Source of the DNA: Macrostomum hystrix | Taxonomy: Eukaryota; Animalia; Platyhelminthes | DNA length: 64,000 nucleotides | Reading direction: 5' to 3' | NCBI GenBank assembly: GCA_950097015.1 | Contig: CATNEN010000039.1 | Span: forward strand, 13,268,001-13,332,000 | In this document: positions 63,162-64,000 of the stretch, piece after piece | How the letters are laid out: each line of letters opens with the position of its first letter | Numbering within the stretch: the stretch's first letter is position 1 | Made by a program: the position numbers and the translations under genes | Notes under the pieces: model-generated | What the model saw: only the letters and a program-made list of their open reading frames with translations | What the model was told of the DNA's origin: nothing | Database searches by the model: none

Positions 63162-64000
63162 AACACAGCTCCTCTTAGGAGATCCTAAAATGGGATCTCA
63201 ATAACACAGCTTCTCTTAGAAGATCCTAAAATGGGATCTCAGTAACACAGCTCCTCTTAGAAGATCCTAAAATGGGATCCCAATAACACAGCTTCTCTTA
63301 GAAGATCCTAAAATGGGATCCCAATAACACAGCTTCTCTTAGAAGATCCTAAAATGGGATCTCAGTAACACAGCTTCTCTTAGAAGATCCTAAAATGGGA
63401 TCCCAATAACACAGCTTCTCTTAGAAGATCCTAAAATGGGATCCCAATAACACAGCTTCTCTTAGAAGATCCTAAAATGGGATCCCAATAACACAGCTTC
63501 TCTTAGAAGATCCTAAAATGGGATCCCAGTAACACAGCTTCTCTTAGAAGATCCTAAAATGGGATCCCAATAACACAGCTTCTCTTAGAAGATCCTAAAA
63601 TGGGATCTCAATAACACAGCTTCTCTTAGAAGATCCTAAAATGGGATCTCAGTAACACAGCTTCTCTTAGGAGATCCTAAAATGGGATCTTAATAACACA
63701 GCTTCTCTTAGGAGATCCTAAAATGGGATCCCAATAACACAGCTTCTCTTAGAAGATCCTAAAATGGGATCTCAGTAACACAGCTTCTCTTAGAAGATCC
63801 TAAAATGGGATCCCAATAACACAGCTCCTCTTAGAAGATCCTAAAATGGGATCTCAGTAACACAGCTTCTCTTAGAAGATCCTAAAATGGGATCTCAGTA
63901 ACACAGCTTCTCTTAGAAGATCCTAAAATGGGATCTCAGTAACACAGCTTCTCTTAGAAGATCCTAAAATGGGATCCCAATAACACAGCTCCTCTTAGAA
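63162..64000. repeat. 41-bp minisatellite AACACAGCTTCTCTTAGAAGATCCTAAAATGGGATC(C/T)CA(A/G)T, probably intronic in SLC35A4
   Basis: Period 41 (63203 to 63244). Internal inverted repeat AGATCC...GGATCT. Confidence 0.95.

Overview
Repeat-dominated eukaryotic DNA, probably from an invertebrate animal (spliceosomal GT-AG introns, a Penelope-like element). Roughly three quarters of the window is tandem repeat. The window is a tandem segmental duplication whose unit is: [19-bp sat][unique block][18-bp sat][last exon and 3' UTR of SLC35A4, minus strand][23-bp sat][promoter plus a 3-exon gene for a small secreted Cys-rich preproprotein, plus strand][(GATA)n]. Three full units and a fourth partial unit are present. 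The fourth runs into the apparently intact SLC35A4-like nucleotide-sugar transporter gene (three coding exons visible; the start exon is not visible and probably lies beyond the window end). The three near-identical secreted-protein genes (143 aa; signal peptide, RRLVRR processing site, 6 Cys) are mostly missed by the ORF track and are the most interesting element. I cannot assign them to a known family, though there is a weak BRICHOS-like motif resemblance. Units 2 and 3 carry a 5'-truncated Penelope-like retroelement with a minimal hammerhead-like motif inside the (GATA)n tract. Unit 2 holds a 27-kb 18-bp satellite with nested higher-order repeats, and unit 1 holds an 8.6-kb G-rich 34-bp minisatellite. 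Nearly all ORFs in the supplied track are artefacts of the repeats.
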